Source: an uncultured Chloroflexia bacterium
GTDB taxonomy: Bacteria > Chloroflexota > Limnocylindria > Limnocylindrales > CSP1-4
DNA length: 64,000 bases
Assembly: GCA_963713975.1 (NCBI GenBank)
Contig: OY970218.1
Span: 1,536,001-1,600,000, forward strand
Direction of reading: 5' to 3'
This document shows positions 1-9,671 of the stretch, in pieces (the first letter of the stretch is position 1; each line of letters starts with the position of its first letter). Made by a program: the position numbers and the translations under genes. A model generated the notes under the pieces. That model did not search any database. It saw nothing but the letters and a program-made list of their open reading frames with translations, and had not been told where the DNA came from.

Positions 1-1026
1 AACCTGTTCTCGATCGTTCGACGCCTCCGGGTGGACGGCCTGACGTGTCTGTTCATCACCCACAAGCTTGATGAGATCATGACGCTTTGTGATCGGGTGA
101 CGATCCTGCGAGACGGGCTGACGGCAGGTGAGTATGCGCGTGCGGAGTTCCAGGCCGAGCGCCTCATCACCGACATGATCGGCCGCGAGTTGGGCGACCT
201 CTATCCGCCGCGCCCGACCTTGCCCGAGGATGCGCAGGAGGTGCTGCGGGTCGAGGGGCTCTCCGTCGAGAATCCCCGCATTCCCGGCACCGAGCTTCTC
301 CACGACGTGGACTTCACGGTCCGAGCGGGCGAGATTCTCGGCTTGGGCGGCCTTGTCGGCAGCGGCCGGAGCGAGCTGGTCACGGCGCTTTTCGGCCAGA
401 CTCGGATCCTCCGGGGCAAGGTGACCCTGGAAGGCGAGGTGATCGAACCCACCGATGCCAAGAGCGCCATGGCCGCAGGCATCGGGCTCGTGACCGAGGA
501 CCGCAAGAAGGAAGGACTCCTGTTCAACCTCAATATCCGCGAGAACGTTACCCTCAACATTCTCGACGAGGTCTCCAGGGGAATCGTCTTCAACCGCGGA
601 AGAGAGCGCAGGAAGGCCAGCGAGATCGCGCAGAGTCTGTCGGTGAGCGCGCCCTCGACATCAACCAGGGTGATCAACCTCAGCGGCGGCAACCAGCAGA
701 AGGTCGTCATCGGCAAGGTCCTGCTGTCCAGCCCCAAGGTTCTCCTCCTCGACGAGCCAACCAAGGGCGTGGATATCGCCGCGAAGGCCGACATCTACCG
801 GCTCATGACGGGCCTGGCCGAATCCGGTGTCGCCATTGTCTTCATCTCTTCTGAGTTCCCGGAGCTCATCGCCCTCAGCCACCGGGTCGTCGTGCTCGAA
901 GGTGGCACCGTCCGTGAGACGCTTGACGGTCCCTCCACCAGCGAGAAGCGTCTGATGCTGTCCGTGATGGGCGTCGAGCAGGCCGTCGAGGAAGCGCCGC
1001 TCGGCAACAGCTACAGCGAGGCTTGA
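1..1026 (+). CDS. Sugar ABC transporter ATP-binding protein (RbsA/XylG-like), 5'-truncated by window edge
   Basis: Frame open from base 1; ITHKLDE, second NBD GLVGSGRSEL, EDRKKEGL, LSGGNQQKV, LLLDEPTKGVD. Confidence 0.93.
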   Translation, partial: NLFSIVRRLRVDGLTCLFITHKLDEIMTLCDRVTILRDGLTAGEYARAEFQAERLITDMIGRELGDLYPPRPTLPEDAQEVLRVEGLSVENPRIPGTELLHDVDFTVRAGEILGLGGLVGSGRSELVTALFGQTRILRGKVTLEGEVIEPTDAKSAMAAGIGLVTEDRKKEGLLFNLNIRENVTLNILDEVSRGIVFNRGRERRKASEIAQSLSVSAPSTSTRVINLSGGNQQKVVIGKVLLSSPKVLLLDEPTKGVDIAAKADIYRLMTGLAESGVAIVFISSEFPELIALSHRVVVLEGGTVRETLDGPSTSEKRLMLSVMGVEQAVEEAPLGNSYSEA

Positions 1027-1027
1027 G

Positions 1028-2026
1028 GTGAGCACAGCCAGCAGCGTCTCCCGTCTCCCTGCGCCGCCTCCCGGATCTCCGAGTCATGCGCGCGTGCGTG
1101 GCGTGCTGGTCATCCCGGAGCTCAAGCGACTCCTGGTCTTGGTTGCGATCTTCGCGGTGTTCACCTACCTGAACCCTGCGTTCATCCGGCTCGAGAGCAT
1201 CGCTGCGATCGTCCAGGCGATGGCATTTGCCGGCATCGTTGCCGTGGGCCTGACACTGCTCATCATCGCCGGGGAGTTCGACCTGTCCGTGGGCTCCACG
1301 GCCTGTCTCGCGTCCATCGTTGCCGCGATGCTCATGACCGAAAGCCAGTTGGATCCGGTCCTCGCCATGGTCGCCGGTGTGGCGATTGGCGGGGTCGTGG
1401 GACTCGTGAACGCGACTCTCGTGCTCGTCGCGCGGATACCCTCCTTCATCGCTACGATCGCGATGCTCGGCATTGCCCGCGGCCTCGCCGTCTGGCTCAG
1501 CGGCGCAAGGCCGATCAACCTCCCTCAGCTCGCCACCTTCAGCGACATCGAACGGACGGCATCCGTCAGCGTGATCGTGCTCCTCGTCCTCGTGGTGCTC
1601 GGCCAGTTCCTGATCTCGCGGACCAACTTCGGCCGACTCATGTCCGCGACGGGCGGCAACGCCGAGGCATCGCGGCTGGCGGGAGTCAAGACCGTTCGCA
1701 TCAAGGGGATTCTGTTCGTCACGAGCGGACTGCTGGCTGGGCTCTCGGGCATCCTCGCCATCATGCACTTCGGGTCGGCGACGGCCACGACCGGCCTTGG
1801 GTGGGAGTTGTCGGCCGTGGCGGCCGTCGTGGTTGGCGGCACGAGCCTGTTCGGTGGGGGTGGCACGGTGGTCGGAACCTTGATCGGCCTGGCCATCCTG
1901 CAAACGATCACGAGCGGGCTCGTGGTCGTCCACATCGACCCGTGGTGGCAGACGGTGGTGATCGGCTTGATCATGTTGGCCTCCGTGTCCATCGACTCCC
2001 TGCGTCGGCGGGTGCGGCCGGTATGA
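1028..2026 (+). CDS. Sugar ABC transporter permease (RbsC family)
   Basis: Multiple TM segments; GEFDLSVGS, IPSFIATIAM, GGNAEASRLAGV, ELSAVAAVVVGGTSLFGG. Confidence 0.93.
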   Translation: MSTASSVSRLPAPPPGSPSHARVRGVLVIPELKRLLVLVAIFAVFTYLNPAFIRLESIAAIVQAMAFAGIVAVGLTLLIIAGEFDLSVGSTACLASIVAAMLMTESQLDPVLAMVAGVAIGGVVGLVNATLVLVARIPSFIATIAMLGIARGLAVWLSGARPINLPQLATFSDIERTASVSVIVLLVLVVLGQFLISRTNFGRLMSATGGNAEASRLAGVKTVRIKGILFVTSGLLAGLSGILAIMHFGSATATTGLGWELSAVAAVVVGGTSLFGGGGTVVGTLIGLAILQTITSGLVVVHIDPWWQTVVIGLIMLASVSIDSLRRRVRPV

Positions 2027-2811
2027 GCGGCCAGGCGCAGTACACAGGGCGGGTCGCTGGCAAGGTCGCGATCGTCACCGGCGCGACCTCGGGGATCGGT
2101 CGAGCGACGGCCGTCCTGCTCGCCCGCGAGGGTGCGTCCGTGGTGGCCGCAGGCCGACGCGAGGAGCTGGGCGCAGAGCTCGTCGCGCAGCTGACTGCCG
2201 AAGGCCTGTCGATCCACTTCATGGCCACCGACGTCTCCAAGCGTGCGGACGTTGAGAGCCTTGTCTCAGGGGCGGTCGACCACTTCGGCCGTCTCGACAT
2301 TGTCGTGAACGATGCAGCCATGTTCCTCTATCGCGGCGTCGAGGACTGCACCGAGGACGAGTGGGACGCGGTGATCAACACCAACCTCAAGAGCGTCTAT
2401 CTCGTGTGCCACGAGGCGATCCCGCACCTGCGGGCGGCGGGCGGCGGCGCCATCGTGAACGTGTCCTCCGTGCACGCGTACGCGACCATGGAGCGCGTGG
2501 CACCGTACGCGGCCAGCAAGGGTGCGATCGTCGCCCTGTCCCGCCAGATGGCGCTCGACTACACGCGCGACCGGATCCGGGTCAACGCGCTCATCGTGGG
2601 TGGCGTGGACACCGCGATGGCCCGCAAGCACGCAGCTGCTCTCGGACAGACACTCGAGGCCACTGGCTTTACGGACGACGATCGAACGCTCGGTCGAGCC
2701 GCTCACCCCGAGGAGATCGCCACCGGGATCCTGTTTCTGGTGACGCCCGACGCATCGTTCGTGACCGGGTCGCCGATCTTCATCGACGGGGGCCTGCTGG
2801 CCAGGCTCTAG
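2023..2811 (+). CDS. SDR family NAD(P)-dependent oxidoreductase
   Basis: ATGA overlap with permease stop; TGATSGIG, NVSS, catalytic YAASK. Confidence 0.92.
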   Translation: MSGQAQYTGRVAGKVAIVTGATSGIGRATAVLLAREGASVVAAGRREELGAELVAQLTAEGLSIHFMATDVSKRADVESLVSGAVDHFGRLDIVVNDAAMFLYRGVEDCTEDEWDAVINTNLKSVYLVCHEAIPHLRAAGGGAIVNVSSVHAYATMERVAPYAASKGAIVALSRQMALDYTRDRIRVNALIVGGVDTAMARKHAAALGQTLEATGFTDDDRTLGRAAHPEEIATGILFLVTPDASFVTGSPIFIDGGLLARL

Positions 2812-2837
2812 GCCCGGAGCCAGGACCCGTCGGCCGG

Positions 2838-3103
2838 CTAGCCGATCGCGCCCCGGCCGGCCCGCAGCGTGACCGACACCGACTCGCGCGGCGCGAGCTC
2901 ACGCACAGCGCCCGCGTTCACCGCGTCGGCGAGCAAGCGGCCCGGCGCTGATGACGGCTCCACCGCGAAGGTGTCGCAGGTCCCCCAGAAGGCAGTACCG
3001 TCCGCCCTGCAGTCCTGTCAGAGAGGGCATACGGGAAGTCGCGCTGGTCCCAGAGCACGCTGAATGCCGGACGGCACCACAGAGCCGTGATCCGGACCTC
3101 CAA
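2838..3103 (-). pseudogene. Decayed 3' fragment paralogous to the mutarotase-like gene at 4832-5809
   Basis: Reads VRITA..WDQRDFPYAL/*QDCRADGTAFWGTCDTFAVEPSSAPGR; 38 bp identical (2956-2993 = 4962-4999); 1-nt deletion plus TGG>TGA at about 3018-3022. Confidence 0.85.
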
Positions 3104-3104
3104 G

Positions 3105-4196
3105 TCAGGGCTTCTCGGCAGCGGAGACGACGTCTCGCATCAGTTGGGCCATGAACGCCCCGAGCTGTGGCGCCCATCTCTCGCCGTCGAGTCCAGGGCC
3201 GGCGTGACCAAGCGCACTGTCAATCTCCACGTACTCAGCCCGCACGCCGGCTGCCTGCAGTCGGGCCATCACGATTGGCGCGAGGGCGGGTGGGAAGACC
3301 TGATCGGTGCGAGACAGCACATAGAGCACCCGGGCCTGGATCCGGGACAACTCATTCTCGACATTGAAGCGGGCCCAGGCCCGGCCTAGGGCGACCAGAG
3401 AGTTGGCATCGAATTCGCTGGCCCACTTGCGCGCTACGCGCTCGATTTCGGCTTGCCGTGCATCCGGGTCGGGAAAAGCGGCCGCGAGATGCTCACGCAC
3501 GCCATAGCTGATCAGGGTCCTGACGCGAAGCCGGGTGAGCGTGTCCAGCATTCCTCCCGTGTCGTAGTACTGCCCGTTGTTCCAATCGGGATCTGCTTCG
3601 AGCTCGGTTAGCAGTGCTGCCAGCCCCGCCCGGCCGTCGCACTTATAGTCGGCGGTCACCGGGACGATCCCATCCATGAAGTCTGGGAAGGTCACCCCCC
3701 ATTGGAATGCTTGGACGCCGCCATACGAGGGTCCGATCACCGCCACCAGGTGTCGCACGCCAAGATGCTGGAGCAGCGCCCGTTGGGCCGTGATGATGTC
3801 GACGAGTGAGATGTCCGGGAAGTCTGGGCCGTATCGTTGGCCGGTCGCCGGGTCGAGATGGGCTGGGCTGGTCGAGCCATACGGTGAGCCGAGCATGTTC
3901 GACGAGACGACAAACAGGCGATCGGTGTCGACGGACTTGCCCGGCCCGACCAGGGTGTCCCACAAGCCCTCCCCCATGGTCGACCCATCGCGTCCGACCA
4001 TGTGATGGTTGCTCGTGTAGCCATGGGTCAGAAGGACCACATTCCGACGACTCGGGGCCAGACGCCCGTAGGTTTCGTAGGCGATACGTAGTTCCGGCAG
4101 GATTCGTCCGCTCTCAAGGCGGAAGTCCTCCGCTGAGAATGTCCGGTCGAACACGCCACGCAGGTCACCTGTGGCCGCAGTCGGGAAGGTCGTCAT
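3105..4196 (-). CDS. Alpha/beta hydrolase, homoserine/serine O-acyltransferase (MetX)-like
   Basis: IAYETYG, THGYT, SNMLGSPYGSTSP, nucleophile GPSYGG, DQVF, GH catalytic His region. Confidence 0.85.
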   Translation of the reverse strand: MTTFPTAATGDLRGVFDRTFSAEDFRLESGRILPELRIAYETYGRLAPSRRNVVLLTHGYTSNHHMVGRDGSTMGEGLWDTLVGPGKSVDTDRLFVVSSNMLGSPYGSTSPAHLDPATGQRYGPDFPDISLVDIITAQRALLQHLGVRHLVAVIGPSYGGVQAFQWGVTFPDFMDGIVPVTADYKCDGRAGLAALLTELEADPDWNNGQYYDTGGMLDTLTRLRVRTLISYGVREHLAAAFPDPDARQAEIERVARKWASEFDANSLVALGRAWARFNVENELSRIQARVLYVLSRTDQVFPPALAPIVMARLQAAGVRAEYVEIDSALGHAGPGLDGERWAPQLGAFMAQLMRDVVSAAEKP

Positions 4197-4209
4197 GCCC
4201 AGACCGCTT

Positions 4210-4779
4210 CTAGCGCCAAGCCCCAATGCGCGAGGGTGGGGGATACCGGTCCATTGGCAGTGCCACGTGCTCATCGACATCCACCTTCAGCACGGAGGCA
4301 ACGCGCACCACGTGGTTGTAGTAGGTGATCGCCAGCACGAGTTCGATGAGGCGCTCGCGGCCCAGGTGCTTCTCCAGGAGCGCCCAGGTTTCGTCGGAGA
4401 GCGAGAACTCAAGGGTTATGTCGCGGGCGGCTCTGAGGACGGCCCTATCGAGCGCGGGCAGCCACGTCGTCTGGCCATCGGTCTCGGCCATCAACGCGTC
4501 AATGTCCCGATCCGTCGCGCCGGCGCGCATAGCCTCCCTCAAGTGCCAACTGAACTCATAGGCGTTGGCGGTGACGTACGCCACCTGGACGATCGCCATT
4601 TCCCGCAATCGTGAGTCCAGGAGCGCTTCTGTCCCAAGCCATCTGCCGATCCGGGAGAAGAACACGTCGAGGGCGATCGGGTTGTTGGCCACCGCCATCC
4701 TGAGGTTGGTCGGAGGGGTCAGGATATGTCGGAGCTCCGGGCTGATGCCTTCGGGGGGGACGTAGGGGACTCTCGCCAT
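4210..4779 (-). CDS. Carboxymuconolactone decarboxylase/AhpD-like protein
   Basis: LDSRLREMAIVQVA..YEFSWH, ERLIELVLAITYYN; SD GGAG upstream. Confidence 0.8.
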   Translation of the reverse strand: MARVPYVPPEGISPELRHILTPPTNLRMAVANNPIALDVFFSRIGRWLGTEALLDSRLREMAIVQVAYVTANAYEFSWHLREAMRAGATDRDIDALMAETDGQTTWLPALDRAVLRAARDITLEFSLSDETWALLEKHLGRERLIELVLAITYYNHVVRVASVLKVDVDEHVALPMDRYPPPSRIGAWR

Positions 4780-4831
4780 GCTGTCTCCTTGTCGGTGTCT
4801 TCAACGACCAGATCCGCCCGGCGTGTCACCC

Positions 4832-5809
4832 TCAGGCGGGGACCTCGTCGATGGCGCTCCAGCGCGCTCGCATCGTGAGCGAGACGGAGCCACCGGGCGC
4901 AAGTTCGCGCACCGCCCCGGCGGCGACCGCGTCGGCGAGCGAGCGGCCCGGCGCGGACGAAGGCTCCACCGCGAAGGTGTCGCAGGTCCCCCAGAAGGCC
5001 GCGCCGTCCGCCAGGTAGTCCTGCCACAGCAGAACGTGGGGAAAGTCGAGCACGTCCCAGGTGAGGGTGAAGGCCCGTCCGAACCGTGGTGCGGTGATCC
5101 GGACACCCCCGCGCCGGACCCCGAACGTGGTCTGCTCGTGGCGTCCATCCGGCAGCTCGGGGATCGCCGCGACGTCGCGCACGCCTCCTCCGGTCATCGG
5201 CGCCTCGGGGAACGGGAAGGGTGCCCCGGCGACGAGCGTGTTGTGCGCCTCGTCGAACACGGGTGCGGGGACCTCCGCGCCGATGGCGTCGATCTCGATC
5301 CGACCGCCGGCGAAGGTGCTCCGGTCGAAGCACGGGTGGTGTCCCCACACGTAGGGTGCGGTCGCCGAGCCGCGGTTCTCCGCCCGCTCGGACACGACGA
5401 GATTGGCGTCGACGATCTCGAGTCGTCGCGTTAGCCGGAACGGCGTCCGCACCATGTCGACCCACGCCTCGACGGTCAGCGCATCGCGGTGCGTGACCAC
5501 CCACGGCATCCGCATCGCCTCGCCGTGGAGCAGCGACAGGGCGGGACCGACGGCGCCCGGGACCGTCCCGGAGTATCCGGTCGTCGGGAACATCTCGAAC
5601 CAGCCGCCGGCGAACAACTCGATGAACGACTCGACGGACGCGTCGCCGGCCGGTCCGAGGGCACGTCGGTACTCCGCGGGGATGAACCCGGTGCGCTGCC
5701 ACAGGGCGTTCGCCCCGGTGGCAGCATCGACGATCGCGGAGATCGCGAACCCGGCGTCAGGGTCGCACTCAACCAGCAGCGGATCGCCGCCGAGGCGGAT
5801 CGTGGCCAT
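4832..5809 (-). CDS. Galactose mutarotase/aldose 1-epimerase-like protein (DUF4432-like)
   Basis: GGWFEMFP, LHGE, WGHHP, AVEP motifs. Confidence 0.75.
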   Translation of the reverse strand: MATIRLGGDPLLVECDPDAGFAISAIVDAATGANALWQRTGFIPAEYRRALGPAGDASVESFIELFAGGWFEMFPTTGYSGTVPGAVGPALSLLHGEAMRMPWVVTHRDALTVEAWVDMVRTPFRLTRRLEIVDANLVVSERAENRGSATAPYVWGHHPCFDRSTFAGGRIEIDAIGAEVPAPVFDEAHNTLVAGAPFPFPEAPMTGGGVRDVAAIPELPDGRHEQTTFGVRRGGVRITAPRFGRAFTLTWDVLDFPHVLLWQDYLADGAAFWGTCDTFAVEPSSAPGRSLADAVAAGAVRELAPGGSVSLTMRARWSAIDEVPA

Positions 5810-5820
5810 CGACCGGCCCC

Positions 5821-6675
5821 CTAGCTCGCCACCACCGGGTTCCGGAGGGTTCCGATCCGGTCGATCGAGACCTCCACGGCGTCACCGGCTTGCAGGTAGC
5901 GCTGCGGGCTCCGCGAGTGGCCGACACCGGCGGGCGTCCCGGTCAGGATGAGGTCGCCGGGTCGCAGCGTCACCAGGGACGACAGGTAGACAAGGAGATT
6001 GGCAACGGTGAAGATCATCTGGGAGGTCGATGCGCTCTGCAGCGTCTCGTCCCCGATGAACGTGGAGATGGCCAGGGTCTGCGGATCGCCAACCGTTGCG
6101 GATGTCGCCATCCAGGGGCCGATCGGGCAGAAGGTGTCGGGGGTCTTGCCCGTGACCCACTGTGAGACCCGGAGCTGGATCGTGCGCGCGCTCACGTCGT
6201 TGCCGATGGTGTAACCCGCGATGGACTGCAGCGCGGTCTCCGGCGTGAGGTTTCGGCCGCCCGGGCCGATCACGACGGCGAGCTCGCCCTCGTAGTCCAC
6301 CGCTGGATCGTCGGCGAGGAGCACGATAGGACCGTCCGGGTCCTGGATCGCGTTCGGGAACTTGGCGAAGATCTCCGGGAACGGCGGCGGGGCGATGTTC
6401 GCCTCCGCGGCATGAAGCCCGTAGTTGACCCCGACGCAGAGGATCTTCTCGGGGAGGGGCACGGGAGCCAGGAGCCGCACCGAATCCAGGGGCTGCGGCT
6501 GTCCGAGCCGTAGCGGCTGGTCCTCGCGCCACCCGGCAGCGGCGAGCGCGGCGACGCCGATGCGCGTGGCGTCCTCCGGAAGCGAGAAGCCCGAGGTGTC
6601 GATCGGGCGGACCGTCGCATCCTCGACCACGCCGAGGTGGATACCCTGGTCGTCGCTGTACCGAGCGATGAACAT
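5821..6675 (-). CDS. Fumarylacetoacetate hydrolase family protein
   Basis: KILCVGVNY, DYEGEL, NDVSAR, GKTPDTFCPIGP, GDLILTGTPAGVG. Confidence 0.93.
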   Translation of the reverse strand: MFIARYSDDQGIHLGVVEDATVRPIDTSGFSLPEDATRIGVAALAAAGWREDQPLRLGQPQPLDSVRLLAPVPLPEKILCVGVNYGLHAAEANIAPPPFPEIFAKFPNAIQDPDGPIVLLADDPAVDYEGELAVVIGPGGRNLTPETALQSIAGYTIGNDVSARTIQLRVSQWVTGKTPDTFCPIGPWMATSATVGDPQTLAISTFIGDETLQSASTSQMIFTVANLLVYLSSLVTLRPGDLILTGTPAGVGHSRSPQRYLQAGDAVEVSIDRIGTLRNPVVAS

Positions 6676-6676
6676 G

Positions 6677-7654
6677 TCAGCGGACCTCCGTGCCGCGAGG
6701 ATCGACCGCGATCCGGCCCGTCTGGGGAGGGTCGCCGGTGAGACAGGCGATCACGCCGTCGATGGCTTGCGTCCGAACCCGGACCTCGGAGACGCTCGAG
6801 TACCAGGCGAGATGTGGCGACAGCGTAAGCCGCGGCGCTTGGAGGACGGGGTCGTCGGGACGCGGGGGCTCCGTTGCGAGGACGTCGAGCCCGGCACCGG
6901 CGAGGCGTCCGCTCGCGAGCGCCGCACACAGGTCGGCTTCGTCCACCACGCCGCCGCGCGACACGTTCACCACGATCGCCCCTTCAGGCATGATCCCGAT
7001 CTCGCGCGCCCCGATCAGGCCACGCGTCTCGGGCGTGAGCGGCATGTGGAGCGTGAGGATGTCGGACCGGCGAAGGAGATCGTCGAGGGAGGCGATCCGC
7101 TCCACTTGCTCCGGCACGGAGTCGATGTACGGGTCGTACATCACCACATCCTTGACGAATGGCAGCAGGCGGACCGCCACGGCCCGGCCGATCCGGCCAC
7201 CGCCGACGACGCCGGCGGTCAGCGCCTCGAGGGGAGCGATGGGCGTGACGGCGCGCCAGCCGGTGAAGTCGGCTCGTGCCTGCCGGTCGGCCTCGAGGAT
7301 CCGGCGCTGTACGGCGAGGATGAGCGCGAGGGTGTGGTTCGCCACCTCGTTCGTGGCGTAGTCGGGCGTGTGGTAGACGAAGATGCCTCGGGCCCGCGCG
7401 GCCTCGAGGTCGATCGCGTCGAGCCCCGTGCCCGCTCGCCCGATCACGCGAACGCCGTCTCCCAGCGCGGCGATGTGGGCGGCGGTCAGCGGGTTCGTGG
7501 TGACAATGACGGCCTGCGCGTCCCGCGTGGCCTCGCGGACCTGCTCCGGACTGTCGATGGGGGTGAGTCGAATGGCGGCGGCACCTGCGATGTGGCCCTC
7601 CTCGAGGGCCGTATCGCGGATCGTGCCCTCGGCGATGACGATCAGCGGGGTCAT
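6677..7654 (-). CDS. D-isomer-specific 2-hydroxyacid dehydrogenase
   Basis: GTGLDAID, GGGRIG, LHMPLTPETRGLI, NVSRG, AGLDV..EP, SPHLAW. Confidence 0.92.
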   Translation of the reverse strand: MTPLIVIAEGTIRDTALEEGHIAGAAAIRLTPIDSPEQVREATRDAQAVIVTTNPLTAAHIAALGDGVRVIGRAGTGLDAIDLEAARARGIFVYHTPDYATNEVANHTLALILAVQRRILEADRQARADFTGWRAVTPIAPLEALTAGVVGGGRIGRAVAVRLLPFVKDVVMYDPYIDSVPEQVERIASLDDLLRRSDILTLHMPLTPETRGLIGAREIGIMPEGAIVVNVSRGGVVDEADLCAALASGRLAGAGLDVLATEPPRPDDPVLQAPRLTLSPHLAWYSSVSEVRVRTQAIDGVIACLTGDPPQTGRIAVDPRGTEVR

Positions 7655-8628
7655 GACTCTTCCCTCGAGACGAGCTCGTGCGCGGCGTGAACGATGTCCG
7701 CCGCCTGTGGGAGCTCGGCCTCGTACAAGGTGGGGCTGTGGGCGATCGGTGCGTGCTTGGCGCCGACCCGCGTGACGGGAGCGGCGAGCCAGTCGAACAC
7801 GGACTCCTGGATCCGCGCCGCCACCTCGGAGGCGATGCTGCCGAAGCAGGGCGCTTCCGTGACGGCCACCAGGCGGCCGGTCTTCCGAACGGACTCGGCC
7901 ACGGTCTCGAAGTCCAGCGGCATCACCGTCCGGAGGTCGATCACCTCGGCCTCGATCCCGCTCTCGGCGAGGGTCGCGGCGGCCTCCATCGCCTTGAACA
8001 CCATCTGGCTGTAGCTGACAATGGTGACGTCGTTACCGGACCGGCGGATCGCGGCCTTGCCGAACGGAACGAGATCGTCCGGGCCTCCGACCTCCCCACG
8101 GGTGCCGCTGAGCTTCTTGTGCATCATGAAGATCACGGGATCCTCGCCCCGCAGCGCGGACTTGAGGAGGCCCTTCGTGTCGGCGGGCGTCGACGGGATC
8201 GCGACCAGGAGCCCCGGCATGTGCGCGAACATAGCCTCGAGGCTGTTGTTGTGCTGGGCGGCGTAGAGCGCGACGCCGGATGTCCCCCGGATGACGAGCG
8301 GCAGCGGGGTGCCGAACATGTAGCGCATCTTGGCTGCCTGGTTGACGATCTCGTCCATCGCGCCGAACGAAAAGTCGATGAAGTTGAGATCGACGACGGG
8401 CCGCATCCCGTTGAGGGCGGCCCCGACCCCGGTCGCAACCATTGCGGCCTCCGAGATCGGCATATCCCGCACCCGGGAAGCGCCGAACTCCTTGCCCAGC
8501 CCGAACACCTGGCCGAAGTGGCCGCCCCGGTCGAGCAGGTCCGTGCCGAGCACGAAGATCCGGTCGTCGCGGGCCATCTCCTCCCGCATGCCCTGCTGGA
8601 ACGCCTGGGCGTAGGTCGCCAGCGTCAT
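7651..8628 (-). CDS. 2-oxoacid/acetoin dehydrogenase E1 beta subunit
   Basis: DMPISEAA, DEIVNQAAK, AAQH, IDLRTVMPLD; ATGA overlap with E1 alpha stop. Confidence 0.92.
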   Translation of the reverse strand: MTLATYAQAFQQGMREEMARDDRIFVLGTDLLDRGGHFGQVFGLGKEFGASRVRDMPISEAAMVATGVGAALNGMRPVVDLNFIDFSFGAMDEIVNQAAKMRYMFGTPLPLVIRGTSGVALYAAQHNNSLEAMFAHMPGLLVAIPSTPADTKGLLKSALRGEDPVIFMMHKKLSGTRGEVGGPDDLVPFGKAAIRRSGNDVTIVSYSQMVFKAMEAAATLAESGIEAEVIDLRTVMPLDFETVAESVRKTGRLVAVTEAPCFGSIASEVAARIQESVFDWLAAPVTRVGAKHAPIAHSPTLYEAELPQAADIVHAAHELVSREES

Positions 8629-9671
8629 CGTGCGTTCCCCAGTCCGAGCTCGAGTCCGGTCACATCGCGCGTCGCGTCGACGGGATCCGGAAGGGGTGAT
8701 GCATCGGCGAAGGCGATCGCCTCGTCGACGGTCGCGCGTGCCGTATTCACCATGTCGTCGAACCCCTCTTCCTCGAGGCTGCCCGCGCGCTGGAGCGACT
8801 GCCGCAGCCTCTGGACCGGGTCCTTCGTGTCGCGCCACTCATCGACCTCCTCCCGCGTGCGGTAGTTGATGATCTGGCCGGTGCTGTGCCCCTCGTAGCG
8901 GTACGTCCTGGCCTCGATGAACGTGGGGCCATCGCCCCGGGCGGCCCGCTCGCGTGCCGCAAGCGTCGCGCGATACACGGCCACGACGTCCTGGCCGTCC
9001 ACCGCCTGCGAGGGAAGGCCGAAGCCCTCGGCGCGCTTGGTGATCGAGCCGCCACCGGTGAGCTTCTCCGTGGAGGTCTCGACGGCGTACATGTTGTTCT
9101 CGCAGACGGCGATCAGCGGCAGCTTCCAGACCGCCGCGATGTTGATGCTCTCCCAGGTACGGCCGGTGTTGGCGCCGCCGTCTCCGAAGAGACCGACGGA
9201 AACTTGGTCGAGGCCCCGAAGCTGCGACCCGAGAGACGCACCCATCGCGATCCCCAGGCCGGCACCGACGATCCCGTTGCCGCCCAGGAAGCCGACCGAC
9301 CGATCCGCGAGGTGCATGCTGCCGCCGCGACCGCCACGGCACCCGGTCGCCTTGCCGTACAGCTCCGCCATCAGCGAGCGGGGAGCGAGGCCCTTGGCGA
9401 GCGCGTGATGATGCGAGCGGTGGGAGCAGGCAAGGAGGTCCTGCGGTTCCAGGGCCGCGGCGATCCCGACCGCCACGGCCTCCTGGCCGATCGACAGGTG
9501 GAGCCCGCCCGGGATCTTGCCGCTCATCGACAGGGCGTCGAGGCTCGACTCGAACTCGCGGATCAGCAGCATCTCAGCCAACCACGAGGTCAGTCGCTCG
9601 ACATCCAGGCCGCTGACATCGATCGGCAGGTAATCGCGAGCCGGCAGGCCCGCCGTGGACGTCAGGGTCAT
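8625..9671 (-). CDS. 2-oxoacid/acetoin dehydrogenase E1 alpha subunit (TPP)
   Basis: HLSIGQEA, GRGGSMH, GDGGAN..ENN TPP motif, TYRYEGHS. Confidence 0.93.
   Translation of the reverse strand: MTLTSTAGLPARDYLPIDVSGLDVERLTSWLAEMLLIREFESSLDALSMSGKIPGGLHLSIGQEAVAVGIAAALEPQDLLACSHRSHHHALAKGLAPRSLMAELYGKATGCRGGRGGSMHLADRSVGFLGGNGIVGAGLGIAMGASLGSQLRGLDQVSVGLFGDGGANTGRTWESINIAAVWKLPLIAVCENNMYAVETSTEKLTGGGSITKRAEGFGLPSQAVDGQDVVAVYRATLAARERAARGDGPTFIEARTYRYEGHSTGQIINYRTREEVDEWRDTKDPVQRLRQSLQRAGSLEEEGFDDMVNTARATVDEAIAFADASPLPDPVDATRDVTGLELGLGNAR

Noticed and set aside
3016-3024. In-frame TGA at a Trp position as possible recoding or selenocysteine
   Set aside because: Adjacent frameshift and missing 5' part indicate a pseudogene; TGA is a normal stop elsewhere in the window
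3105-4196. Assigning symbol metX
   Set aside because: Divergent motifs and catabolic context make Met biosynthesis unsupported
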